64,000 bases of DNA from a virus: the IMG/VR virus record IMGVR_UViG_3300046321_000141, positions 5,316 through 69,315 of that record. The stretch is one strand, 5' to 3'. The position numbers and the translations under genes are program-made. Below the pieces are notes generated by a model. The model was not told the DNA's origin and made no database searches. It saw nothing but the letters and a program-made list of their open reading frames with translations. Below are positions 26,453 to 36,286 of this stretch, piece by piece. Positions within the stretch are counted from its first letter, which is position 1, and each line of letters begins with the position of its first letter.

Positions 26453-29430
26453 TATGTTGCCTTAAGACATTCAAGTAATTCTTGGTATCTCTTCAAATCT
26501 TGCTTGATTTTTGAGAATGATTTATTGACTAAGTGTTGTGCAGGTAATGCACTTACTTTTGTACTGGTAGCTTGTTCAGAGCCTGTGTCATTAACAACTG
26601 CGCTGCTTGCCTCACTGTCTCTTGGGAGGCTGTCAGTTTTTTGCTTTGTAACAGCCTCTTGACTTTTTGTATCGACGCTTGATTCAGCTTTTCCAGTTGT
26701 ATTTGTGTCAAGCCGTGTTTCAGTACTTTTAAGAATTGTGTTGTCATTTAGAAGTTCCGTAGCTAGTGTAACTAGCTCAGATTCTATTTGTTTACCAGCA
26801 GCACTGTTAACAATATTATTTACAGCAGCAGTACTTACCTGTGTCTCAACTTGTCCAGATTCTGTTGGTTCTGTTCTGACACCTTCTTTTGTTGTTCCAA
26901 CAACTTCTGGTCTTTTTTCTTCTGTTTGCTTGGTTTCAATGGTTTGTTTGCCATTATTTATCTCAATAGGTAAGTTTAATCTTGTAGCCATACCATTTAG
27001 TAATGGTGTAGCAACTTCTAGAGCTTTATTAATATTCTCTACTACTTTCTTAGCTCCGACCAATCCTTTTGTAATATCGAATGCAGTTTTTAAACCAGCT
27101 TGAGGTTTATCAGTAATTACGTAACTATTATCCACAGTTTTATAAATATACTGACCAACTTTTATTTTACTCAGCGCATCTGCTTTACTTTGTTGATTTT
27201 CATAAAAAGACTTAAATTTATCAAAAGAAGTTTGTTTAGCTCCTTGTGTGTCTGATTTATTAAAGTCTGCATAGTACTGTACAAAACCTTTGAAGTTTTT
27301 ACCTGGTGTAGTGCCTTGTTGCTTTGAGCCATACAAAACGGTGTTCTGTACATCTGAAGATGTCTTAATACCTAAAGCTGCTTTGTATTCAGCAGATACA
27401 TTACGAAGCGTAGTAAGTTGCTCAGGGGTAGCTAAACCAGAGGCTATAACATTATCTATGGCAGCTACTACTTCAGGTGTAGGAGCAGCTTTAGAGCGCA
27501 TAGCACGCACAACAAACCCAGCTACTGCCTGAGTATCTACAGATACATCAGAACCTGTCTTAGGGGCTGTAATAGCGTCTGCTAAAGCTACTAACTTATC
27601 TGGCGCAACCTCAGCAGTAGCCGCCGCTTCTAAACCAACAAATAAATTATTTACTTCTGTAAGCTGAGGATTCAGGATTGCAAGTTTTTTGTTTGCAATC
27701 TTTTCTTCTTTAGGGTCTACAGGCAAGTTGTAGAAAACATTTGCTGCTCCTATAAGCTTCTCTATCCGTGCTTTGTCTTTCGGGTCAGTAGCTTCAGAGA
27801 GTTGTTGTTGGTAGCCCTGCACAACCTCAGCAAGTAATTCCTGCTTACCCTCTGTAGTCATTTTTTTAAGGTTGTTAACTTCCTCTTCCAAAGGAATTAA
27901 TACCTCTTCCTCAGCGCGCCTAATGTTCTCTTGTTTATCAGTGTCAGACTTACCATCTAAACTACTGTTTTTAACAAACACATCAATAGCGTCAACCCAC
28001 TGTTTCTTAGTTGCTTCTGCTGGTTTAAGGTACTCAGCAGGATCATTATTAGTAACAGCAGCTTCCTTATCTACTTTTAAAGGAGCAAACTTATCTTTAA
28101 TAGCTCCAGCTACATCAGTGGCTGTATTAATAACAGCATCAGCAATAGCTACATCAGGTGCAGGAATACGCTTAACTACTTCATTAGCCAAACCAACAGC
28201 AACAGATGTTGGTTTAAGACCTGCACCAACTAAAGCACCTACGTTAAAGCTCTCTAAATCACTCGCAAAGTTGTTATCTTTATAGGTAGCAGCATTTTCT
28301 AATCTGCCTTGTACAGCCTCAGTGATGCCCTCTCCAGCAGCACTTACAGCAGCTTTACCTGTTGCCTTAGAAGCAGCTTTCGCTAGAGCCAGTGCAATAT
28401 TAGTTGTATCAGCCGTAGCAATAGCAGCAGCCTTCACACCCGGTGCAATACCAAGTGCAAGATCGCCTACTGTCTCACTGGCTGTGGCTACTCCTGCAAG
28501 TCTGAGAGCATCGGAGCGTTCTTTGGATGTAGGTAGTCCTGAATTAGTTGTTGTTGCTTCTACTGACTGGTTATAAATATCAGACCCATAAGCAGCATTA
28601 GTAAGTGCAGCAGCTACTTTACCTGAACCCAGGGAAAGTATGTTACCTGTCTGAGAAGCCAACAATTCAAGAGCACCAACAGGATTATCTACAGCAGCAG
28701 GCACAAACGCTGCAATAGCTCCAGGAGCATTACTAAGGTACTCTCCAAATGCTTTAGCATATTGCCCTTTATCCAGTAGCTCTGAACCTCTATCAAAACC
28801 AGCAATAGCGCCAGCATTACGCTTACGCAAATCAGTTATTAACTCATTGGTTTTAGTAGGATCAACCGTGTTGCTATTATCAAAGAACTCTCTTAAGTCC
28901 TTTGTATCACGTATCTTTGATTTCCAGTTTTCTAGCCGTTGTTGATTAGTCTGTGCCCCATTCAATCTTTCATAGTCTGCTATGGTCATTTGCTTACGCT
29001 TACTGGTTTCCCCAGCAGGTAAGCTAAGTAACTCTAAATCAGCAGGAGTGGCGGTTCCATTAACTCTCCTAGCATCAGCAGCAATAACAGAGTCAGGAAT
29101 GTTTGCTGATATGGCCAAACTCTGCAAAGCATTAAAAGCTGCCCCCATATTGCCAGAAACATTGCCAATAGAGTTACCCCCTATTACAGCTAGGTTAGTA
29201 CCTGTACGTAGTGCCCCACTATCTAAGCTAAGCCTACCAACAAAACTATCATTAGCTTGTTGGCGTAATTGCATGGCTTTGTTGAACACACCATCTTGGT
29301 GTTTCTGTGCTGCTTCTTGAAGTTTTTGCAGCTTAAGCTGGTCGGCAGAAACTGAAGGAGAGTCAACAACACCTAAGTCATTGGACGCTACTCTAGAATT
29401 TAAATAGTTAGTTAAATCAAACTCTGCCAT
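26452..29430 (-). CDS. Separate N-terminal (injection) domain of virion RNAP / large ejection protein
   Basis: 992 aa, close to the ~1000 aa N4 vRNAP NTD; Ala/Gly-rich hydrophobic segment with GEGITEAVQ motif; TAATG overlap with the polymerase ORF; one Cys. Confidence 0.75.
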   Translation of the reverse strand: MAEFDLTNYLNSRVASNDLGVVDSPSVSADQLKLQKLQEAAQKHQDGVFNKAMQLRQQANDSFVGRLSLDSGALRTGTNLAVIGGNSIGNVSGNMGAAFNALQSLAISANIPDSVIAADARRVNGTATPADLELLSLPAGETSKRKQMTIADYERLNGAQTNQQRLENWKSKIRDTKDLREFFDNSNTVDPTKTNELITDLRKRNAGAIAGFDRGSELLDKGQYAKAFGEYLSNAPGAIAAFVPAAVDNPVGALELLASQTGNILSLGSGKVAAALTNAAYGSDIYNQSVEATTTNSGLPTSKERSDALRLAGVATASETVGDLALGIAPGVKAAAIATADTTNIALALAKAASKATGKAAVSAAGEGITEAVQGRLENAATYKDNNFASDLESFNVGALVGAGLKPTSVAVGLANEVVKRIPAPDVAIADAVINTATDVAGAIKDKFAPLKVDKEAAVTNNDPAEYLKPAEATKKQWVDAIDVFVKNSSLDGKSDTDKQENIRRAEEEVLIPLEEEVNNLKKMTTEGKQELLAEVVQGYQQQLSEATDPKDKARIEKLIGAANVFYNLPVDPKEEKIANKKLAILNPQLTEVNNLFVGLEAAATAEVAPDKLVALADAITAPKTGSDVSVDTQAVAGFVVRAMRSKAAPTPEVVAAIDNVIASGLATPEQLTTLRNVSAEYKAALGIKTSSDVQNTVLYGSKQQGTTPGKNFKGFVQYYADFNKSDTQGAKQTSFDKFKSFYENQQSKADALSKIKVGQYIYKTVDNSYVITDKPQAGLKTAFDITKGLVGAKKVVENINKALEVATPLLNGMATRLNLPIEINNGKQTIETKQTEEKRPEVVGTTKEGVRTEPTESGQVETQVSTAAVNNIVNSAAGKQIESELVTLATELLNDNTILKSTETRLDTNTTGKAESSVDTKSQEAVTKQKTDSLPRDSEASSAVVNDTGSEQATSTKVSALPAQHLVNKSFSKIKQDLKRYQELLECLKAT

Positions 29431-29445
29431 ACCAACTTTCTTTGT

Positions 29446-30768
29446 TTACTTCTTAGGCTCAATAGCAAATTTAGTTGCTTCACGAGAGTTATATAGAGTG
29501 TCTCTATATTTGTCACTGTTTTTACGAATAGTGGATATGGCTGCAATATCTGATAAATGCTTTGGAGAATTTACGTAAGCATCTAGCTTTTTCTTAATAT
29601 TGTTTCCTAAGCCCCAATCACCCAACAGTTGCCCAACAGTACTACTGTTTTCTAAACTAGCTTCTTTAATAATACTGACCACTACATTTGCGGGTATCTT
29701 TTTATCACCGTACTCACCAATAACACTTTGAGCATATGCTTTTGCATCTTGTAAGTTTTTATCCTTAGTACTGTCAGGAATACGGGCATTTACCGCAGCA
29801 GTTACAGCATCAGTACCTTCTGTATCATTACCATAGAAACCACCAGTCAAACCGGCCCTACCAAGAGCTTCTGCCTCATACTGTGCGGAAGCTTTCTTAG
29901 CATTATCAGCAGCAGTTATCTGTTTAGTAAGTTTGTCTGCTACAGCAGCATCATTACCAACAGTATCTGTAGGACTACCAAGGTTAAGTGCAGTTTTGAG
30001 AGCTTTAGAACCAGCATCCAGTGCGGCAGTAGGCAGACCCCGTTCAACCAGTTGCTTCATAGCAGTGTCATACATTGCTGTATCTGACAAACCAGCCTGT
30101 CTCTTAGTTAAAAGTCCTTGTACATCCTTCTCTACACCTTGAACAATACGCTTTTCTTCTTCTGCTTTTCTATAAGCATCTTTTTGATTTACTTGCTGTT
30201 CCAGATTAAAAGTTCTGTTATTTCGTACATCCTCAATACCTTGTAAAGATTTAAACAAAGGTACAGCTAAAGCATCGGGAAGTGTGCCTTGACGGTGATA
30301 TTGCAAAGCAGCTTGTTTAGCAGACTCTTGAGCAGCAGGATCGCTACTAAGGGCCATAGCTTCTAAACGATTAACGATGCCCTTACCACCTTCCAGAGTA
30401 GAGGCTTCTGTCCTTAATTTGGCAGCTTCATCGTTAGCACGTGAAGTAGCCAACACCCCTTGGAACAATTTAGTTGCTTCATCAGCACCAAGATCCATAT
30501 CTTGAGCCATCTGCAGAAACTGTCCACTATCAACACCTGCTTGTAGACCTTCAGTACCAGTTTGCAGAAGACCGTATTTAAGAGCATCAAGTTGTTTGGC
30601 TTTTATTGCTGCATCAGCATTAGCAACCCTTTGCTGCTCATCCCCAATCATTTTCTGAAAGCCACCAATACCAGTATTTAGTGATCGTTGGCCTGCCATA
30701 AGCAAGTCAAGTGATGCAGTAGCCGGGTCACCGCCTCTGCTTAGATTATTCCAGGTTATTTGTGCCAT
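29446..30768 (-). CDS. Ejection protein (N4 gp51-like)
   Basis: MAQITWNNL start typical of this N4-like gene; Cys-free; synteny. Confidence 0.7.
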   Translation of the reverse strand: MAQITWNNLSRGGDPATASLDLLMAGQRSLNTGIGGFQKMIGDEQQRVANADAAIKAKQLDALKYGLLQTGTEGLQAGVDSGQFLQMAQDMDLGADEATKLFQGVLATSRANDEAAKLRTEASTLEGGKGIVNRLEAMALSSDPAAQESAKQAALQYHRQGTLPDALAVPLFKSLQGIEDVRNNRTFNLEQQVNQKDAYRKAEEEKRIVQGVEKDVQGLLTKRQAGLSDTAMYDTAMKQLVERGLPTAALDAGSKALKTALNLGSPTDTVGNDAAVADKLTKQITAADNAKKASAQYEAEALGRAGLTGGFYGNDTEGTDAVTAAVNARIPDSTKDKNLQDAKAYAQSVIGEYGDKKIPANVVVSIIKEASLENSSTVGQLLGDWGLGNNIKKKLDAYVNSPKHLSDIAAISTIRKNSDKYRDTLYNSREATKFAIEPKK

Positions 30769-30769
30769 A

Positions 30770-31288
30770 TTATTTCACCCCATATTTGGCAAGGTGGTCT
30801 GCTACCATGCGCTGACTGTCAGCACTATTATTACTAAAGCCGCGAGCAGATGCGCTACCTGTTGCACGAGTATGTAGACGTTCATTAACCAGTCCTTTTT
30901 GTACAGCAAAATCTTGGTTATACCTACGCTGCGATTCATCAAAACCTTTTTTAGCTAGTCCGTACTGTTGCATACCTAGCCACGTATTAAGCAAATTTTG
31001 TCCTATGCCCAAACCAGTAGGAAGAATGCCCGGGTCTTTTTGTGTACCAATCCAATTCATACCTTTAAAGTCACTGAGTGCAGAATTGAAGTTGTCACCC
31101 AGACTAAATCCACCCATTGAACCAACAGAAGGATCATTACCGTACCCACCAAAACCAGAATACTGGGGAGAAGTTTGTGATGGTACGCCATACGCAGGTA
31201 CATCAGGAGCTACTGGCAAGTAACCATTTACAGCAGGATCATTGCCAGTACCTCCAAAACCTGACAATGTTTTATAGTATTCACGCAT
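30770..31288 (-). CDS. Small ejection protein (N4 gp52-like)
   Basis: Gly-rich, WLGMQQYGLAKK.FDE motif, Cys-free; synteny. Confidence 0.7.
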   Translation of the reverse strand: MREYYKTLSGFGGTGNDPAVNGYLPVAPDVPAYGVPSQTSPQYSGFGGYGNDPSVGSMGGFSLGDNFNSALSDFKGMNWIGTQKDPGILPTGLGIGQNLLNTWLGMQQYGLAKKGFDESQRRYNQDFAVQKGLVNERLHTRATGSASARGFSNNSADSQRMVADHLAKYGVK

Positions 31289-33506
31289 AGTTCACCTCAT
31301 ATTGTGGTTCTGGTAATTGTAAAGCGGCCTCAACATAGTTAGATTGCAACTCATACAACCTGGTACCTACGTTTCCTAACCGTATAGTTCTATTATAGAA
31401 ATCTTCAGCAGACTCACCTATCAGAATGTTTCCTAAAGTGTGTGGCTTATCGAGTTCTTTTAATATTTTGTCTATTTCATTAAACTTTTCAGTAGCTTCT
31501 TTACTGAAAGCATTCATCTCTGCTTGTAAATCTTGAAACTTTTCAGCAGTTTCTGCGCTTATTTGTTTAATAAGTACGCCACTAAGAGTAAGCAACTCTT
31601 TTGGACTAAGTGTGAAATACTGAGTTTCAACTCCTGTTTTAGTAAACCCCATGATTGCAGCTATTGCTGCGAGTATTAAAGTAGCTTCCTCACCAATTAT
31701 CTTTACAAATATCTTTATGGCTATGTATCGATAAAGTAAGTTAATGAGGTACGTCAAAGCTAGCTCTATAGCCCATGCCACAGATACAGAAGCAACAGCA
31801 AGCAATGCTTCAAAGAATTGAAATCCTTGGTAGAAACCATTAAGAATAGCAATGATGGCAAGTATCTTCATCAAAGTACTGAACCAAGACTTCTGGTACC
31901 ACTTAACTTTTACCCTTACTAAAGAGTTATTAACTATCTGAGTAGATAAGTAGCAAAGCTGTTCTGCATCATAAGCAGTCAAGTCATCTACCAACTCTTT
32001 ATCTAAAGGTATTAACAAAATATCTTTAGGATCAGTAACATCCTCAGTCCACCCAGAAGTTGCGTAGTAGTCCTCTGATACGTTGTACTTAGCAGTCAAG
32101 TCTATTACTTGATACTCTTCATACTCAGTTGTTGTGGTTTGTTTCCTAAACACATGGTATGCATACGTGTACTGATGTATGTAACCCTCTCCGAAGTCTT
32201 CAGACACAACAATGTGGCCTTTATCACTCCCAAAAGTATTTATGGCCCCAATAGCACCAGTAACAGTGCGCTTAAATATTCCTCGGTTACTCAATACAAT
32301 TTTGAATCGGGCATCACGGATAACAATAGCAGAGTCATTCAGCAATCCAAGACTAAAGCTTGCATTGAAATCGTTCAGTGATAGTGCTGTTGTTGTGCCA
32401 CCAGAAGATATAAAGTGTTTAGCAAAATACCTAAATAGGTACTGCTTCTCCACCTGTTCTGTACCATCAGCAGTAACAGCCAAGTACATAAAAGAGCTTA
32501 TAACTTGATCTAAATCTGCCTGCGACCGCTGCTCATCTAAAGGCAAAGAAGGATCGGTGTCAACTTTATGGATACGCTCCACAATGCTTGCATACTTCAT
32601 ACCCATCTTCTTACAGAGCCGTACACTGTCTGTGTACTCTTGAGTACCTACAACTGGCTCAGTGAAGTTGTATCTAAAGTAAAGCCAAGGGTAATAAGTA
32701 CCGGGGGCATCATATTCAAAACCAAGGGGAGAATCTAAAGATGAGACTCCACTGCCAACTACGTACTCAAAAAACTTGTCCACACCTGTACTAGGTAGAC
32801 TGTATTGTGCTTGGTAATAGTCACCATTAACAACCCCAATATCGAGATTTTCTGTAACTAATACAGTTTCTGTATATGTAGTGCCTACGACAGCAGGAAA
32901 TATAGGAGGAACTGTCCACTCGTACTCAATTTCTAAACCAACAGTAGTACGCCCAGAAACATTTTTAACTGTTCCTGCAAAACCTAGACTGTAAAAACAA
33001 TCAGAGGATACTGCGTCAATAAGGGCAGTCTCAGCCAGTAAACTAACTGCTGTAAGAGTAACTGTGTACCCTTTTACTGTAGACAGGTTAACCAATTCAT
33101 CTGTCGATGGTTCATAGGCATAAGTGGCATAAATCTCTTTCCAACCAAAATGAAAGTAGTTAGAAGGCCCATAAAACACATACTCTGGAGTAATTGTTTC
33201 ACCCTCTAGAGTACTCAAGTGTGCAGAAACATTTACAGTGATAACACTATTTAAACCTGTCTTGGTAGTTGTAGTGTCTTTTGGTATGCCATGTACATAG
33301 CTCCTGCTAGCAGAGTTAAAGTATCTTTTGGCTTTGAATGCAGTGTTGTTTACCAACTCGTCCATGATGTGCTCAGAAACACTCTCGTTTCTGGCTATGG
33401 ACTTGATAACAGCTATGTTGTGTGATGGCTCGTATTTAGTAGAGTCATTTAAACGGGATACAGAAGTACCCACATAAGTTCTAATTTTGCTGCTAAATAA
33501 GCCCAT
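31281..33506 (-). CDS. Virion structural protein (N4 gp53-like)
   Basis: MGLFSSK..TYVGTSV start; VKVKWYQ..WF followed by hydrophobic helices; ESAEDFYNRT. Confidence 0.8.
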   Translation of the reverse strand: MGLFSSKIRTYVGTSVSRLNDSTKYEPSHNIAVIKSIARNESVSEHIMDELVNNTAFKAKRYFNSASRSYVHGIPKDTTTTKTGLNSVITVNVSAHLSTLEGETITPEYVFYGPSNYFHFGWKEIYATYAYEPSTDELVNLSTVKGYTVTLTAVSLLAETALIDAVSSDCFYSLGFAGTVKNVSGRTTVGLEIEYEWTVPPIFPAVVGTTYTETVLVTENLDIGVVNGDYYQAQYSLPSTGVDKFFEYVVGSGVSSLDSPLGFEYDAPGTYYPWLYFRYNFTEPVVGTQEYTDSVRLCKKMGMKYASIVERIHKVDTDPSLPLDEQRSQADLDQVISSFMYLAVTADGTEQVEKQYLFRYFAKHFISSGGTTTALSLNDFNASFSLGLLNDSAIVIRDARFKIVLSNRGIFKRTVTGAIGAINTFGSDKGHIVVSEDFGEGYIHQYTYAYHVFRKQTTTTEYEEYQVIDLTAKYNVSEDYYATSGWTEDVTDPKDILLIPLDKELVDDLTAYDAEQLCYLSTQIVNNSLVRVKVKWYQKSWFSTLMKILAIIAILNGFYQGFQFFEALLAVASVSVAWAIELALTYLINLLYRYIAIKIFVKIIGEEATLILAAIAAIMGFTKTGVETQYFTLSPKELLTLSGVLIKQISAETAEKFQDLQAEMNAFSKEATEKFNEIDKILKELDKPHTLGNILIGESAEDFYNRTIRLGNVGTRLYELQSNYVEAALQLPEPQYEVNYA

Positions 33507-33518
33507 GACATATAACTC

Positions 33519-34124
33519 TTACGCACCAATACCTGATTTAAGCTTAGTAATAACAGAACCAATATCAGCATCTGTAAAGTGAGATACTGTGTAGTCACCG
33601 CCATCATCCAGAGCAGTAGTACGCACATTCAGTACTTCTGCCATGATCTTTGCTGCCTTCTGCTCTGCATCACGAATAAAGCCACTAGCTTGATTCAAGT
33701 ACACAGTGTTCTGCCTATCCAATGGAGAACCTGCACCAATAACAGTAGCGTCAACCTGAGCTTTCTCAGTAATAACCTTTTGAGCAATAAACAAAGTTTC
33801 CTGAGCTACCTTAGCTGCTTGGTTTGTTACCACTAAATTATCTTGAGCAGCATTGAGAGTTTGCTGCTTAATCAGGGCTATTTCAGCATTTGTTTTTTCT
33901 TGAGATAGTAGGAACTGAATGGACGCTTGCAATGTTGCTTGTAGAGCACTCATATACACCGTGCTGTACTCAGTTCCTTTAATACGGTTAGCTGCCCATT
34001 CCTGCTCAATATGTGCTTTTACAGAGCGCATAAGTACATCAAACACACCACTGCCATCAATGGTGCTATTGGTGAGATCAGACAGCTTTACTGCTGTGTC
34101 TTGAGAACCAGAAATGGACAACAT
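33519..34124 (-). CDS. Structural protein (N4 gp54-like)
   Basis: LT...IDGSGVFDVLM, RIKG.EY..VY, F.RDAEQKAAK. Confidence 0.8.
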   Translation of the reverse strand: MLSISGSQDTAVKLSDLTNSTIDGSGVFDVLMRSVKAHIEQEWAANRIKGTEYSTVYMSALQATLQASIQFLLSQEKTNAEIALIKQQTLNAAQDNLVVTNQAAKVAQETLFIAQKVITEKAQVDATVIGAGSPLDRQNTVYLNQASGFIRDAEQKAAKIMAEVLNVRTTALDDGGDYTVSHFTDADIGSVITKLKSGIGA

Positions 34125-34126
34125 AA

Positions 34127-34675
34127 TTAACCTTGCTCAATGTTACGGCCAAGGGCTTGACGACGAGCCAACTCAGCCAACTCTTCTGTAGTAAGCGCAG
34201 GCAATACGACAATATTAAACTCTTTAATGAGTTTGCCCTTACGTACCATGTTTCCACGAGAATCTTTGCCAGAGTAGAAAACTTGACACTGTTTCTCTAC
34301 CAAGTAATCAAAAATAATTTTAGGTACATGCCAACCTTCATCAGCATTAAAAGGCACAAACTTTTTAAAAGTACCTACAGCACTATTACCTACAGCAAAG
34401 ATTTCACCGTCCCACTCTTTCTTAGCCGGATTCATACAAGTAAGATGAATGCGAATCAAACGACCGGCTTCCTTCTTAGGATCAGTACTTGAAGCAACAA
34501 CCTGTTCTACAACAGCGACAGGCTCTTCTGCCTGTACTTCTTTAATCTTACTCAGCAAAGCATCTGCTTTGATATTTGGGTGAAACTTGACACCTAGCTT
34601 AGTAGCTCGCTCTTTCAAACCTTCAAGCATTGCTTGCTCAAGTTCTTCAGATTGTTGGCTATCAATATCGCTCAT
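34127..34675 (-). CDS. N4 gp55-like protein
   Basis: LKERA..LGV.FHPNI, LIRI.LTCMNPAKKEW.GEIF.VGN, KKFVPF, GWHVP, LT.EEL..LA.RQ. Confidence 0.82.
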   Translation of the reverse strand: MSDIDSQQSEELEQAMLEGLKERATKLGVKFHPNIKADALLSKIKEVQAEEPVAVVEQVVASSTDPKKEAGRLIRIHLTCMNPAKKEWDGEIFAVGNSAVGTFKKFVPFNADEGWHVPKIIFDYLVEKQCQVFYSGKDSRGNMVRKGKLIKEFNIVVLPALTTEELAELARRQALGRNIEQG

Positions 34676-34803
34676 TATTTTTCCTTAAGTTTAAAAATTT
34701 ACACCACTCATTCAAGCGGGGCACTGGAAGTTATTAGTAAGTTCCATTTGGGTATTTTCCGCATGTACAGAAAATACGCAAATAGACTCTACCACAGATA
34801 GAC

Positions 34804-34833
34804 TGCCCCCTAGCAATCTCTTACTAAGGGGCA
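34804..34833 (-). terminator. Stem-loop downstream of the major capsid gene
   Basis: TGCCCC..TAG / CTA..GGGGCA inverted repeat about 25 nt after the MCP stop. Confidence 0.55.
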
Positions 34834-34856
34834 ATTACCTGTGTTATATCAACAAC

Positions 34857-36278
34857 TTACAGCTTGGCAGCAGTCTTGACTAGGCCAATACGTTCACTGC
34901 GAAGTACCATAAAACTGTAATACCACTTGATGGACATAAATCCAACTTCACCGAACGGGTCTGTACGGTCAGCAGTTTCCATACCAGGCTTCTTGTGCGT
35001 GATAACAAACTTGACACCTTTACCATCCGTTTGGAAACCAATAGTGGTAAATGAACCATCGCCAACACACAGCATTGGGAACACGTCATAACGCCCATTA
35101 GTCTCATAGCAGGTAGCAGTACTAGAGGCATCGGCACCAGCACCAGACCACTTAAGCATCTCAGGCACAACAACGATACGGAACTGGTCAATAGCACCCA
35201 CTTCACCAGTCAAAGTCGTAGTACCAGCAGCATACTTCTCCACACTGATAAATGCAGGTTCGTTATGCAGGTCTTTCATTGCTTTAATAGTAGGCAGCAA
35301 CTCAGAACCGCAGTACAACACCCGACCAGCAGGAATAGTCTTCGTATCAATCATACGAGTACCAGTAATCACTGTGGTTTGCTTAGGAGTGCGGTTATTG
35401 TCCAAATCAATAGACAAACGCATCAGATCACCATAGGTAACTACAGTGTCATTCAGCGTAACGTTACTCGTAGCCGTACCAGCATAACGAATAACACCAG
35501 CAGACGTAAGCAGGTCAATCTGCAAAGCATCCTCGGTCAACTCATTAGCACCATTAACCATCTCACGGTTGATATGCTGCATCAACTCCGCATCGGTATC
35601 GAAGTCAAGTGACTCTTGCGTGTACTCATCAAAGAAACCAAACTTCTCAAGAGAAGCTTCCAGCTCTTTACGCTTGAAACCAACACGGTTAACCCGGCCA
35701 CCAGTTTCAGACAAAGCAGGCAACTTACCAGAGATAGTGCCAATGTCTTTAGACGAGCCATACAGATTACCGTAGCCTGCTTGAACGCTAACACCCAAGT
35801 TATAAGCAGACACAACAGCAGCCTTAGCAGCGTTGAGGTACTTAACAACTTGGTTCGTCAGTGTAACAGTAGCAAAACCAGTACCAGCAGAATCGTTAGC
35901 ACCGGCAGTAGCAACCGTAAGAGCAACACCATTGTTAGCAATGTTGTCGTTAATAGCAGTAGCCAAAGCAGCCTTACTCGCGTTAGCAATAGACAGTGAT
36001 GTAGACGGATAAGTCACATACTGTTGCGTGCTAGTAATAGTCACACCGGCAGCATCAATACCCTGATCATTGACGTTTTCTTCGTCAAGCATAGGAATAT
36101 AGTGATACAGCTTGATCTTTTTGCCCATGTTTTTGGGCATATTCTTTGTATCAGCAAGCTGACTAAAGTACTGCTCTTTACGAGCTTCCATCAGAGCTTG
36201 TTTCTGATAGTACTCGTTAACGATTTGGGAACCAACAGTTGAGGCTGTTGCAGGAGGAGCGTTGAATTGTTGCGCCAT
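34857..36278 (-). CDS. Major capsid protein (N4 gp56 family) with ~85 aa insertion
   Basis: [70 protein letters not shown]. Confidence 0.95.
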   Translation of the reverse strand: MAQQFNAPPATASTVGSQIVNEYYQKQALMEARKEQYFSQLADTKNMPKNMGKKIKLYHYIPMLDEENVNDQGIDAAGVTITSTQQYVTYPSTSLSIANASKAALATAINDNIANNGVALTVATAGANDSAGTGFATVTLTNQVVKYLNAAKAAVVSAYNLGVSVQAGYGNLYGSSKDIGTISGKLPALSETGGRVNRVGFKRKELEASLEKFGFFDEYTQESLDFDTDAELMQHINREMVNGANELTEDALQIDLLTSAGVIRYAGTATSNVTLNDTVVTYGDLMRLSIDLDNNRTPKQTTVITGTRMIDTKTIPAGRVLYCGSELLPTIKAMKDLHNEPAFISVEKYAAGTTTLTGEVGAIDQFRIVVVPEMLKWSGAGADASSTATCYETNGRYDVFPMLCVGDGSFTTIGFQTDGKGVKFVITHKKPGMETADRTDPFGEVGFMSIKWYYSFMVLRSERIGLVKTAAKL

Positions 36279-36286
36279 GATTTATC

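Noticed and set aside
26440-26475. Programmed frameshift fusing the two vRNAP ORFs
   Set aside because: The downstream frame has a TAA four codons before its ATG, there is no slippery heptamer in that interval, and an SD-like TAAGG precedes the ATG. Translational coupling is the simpler reading, though a sequencing indel still needs a read check.
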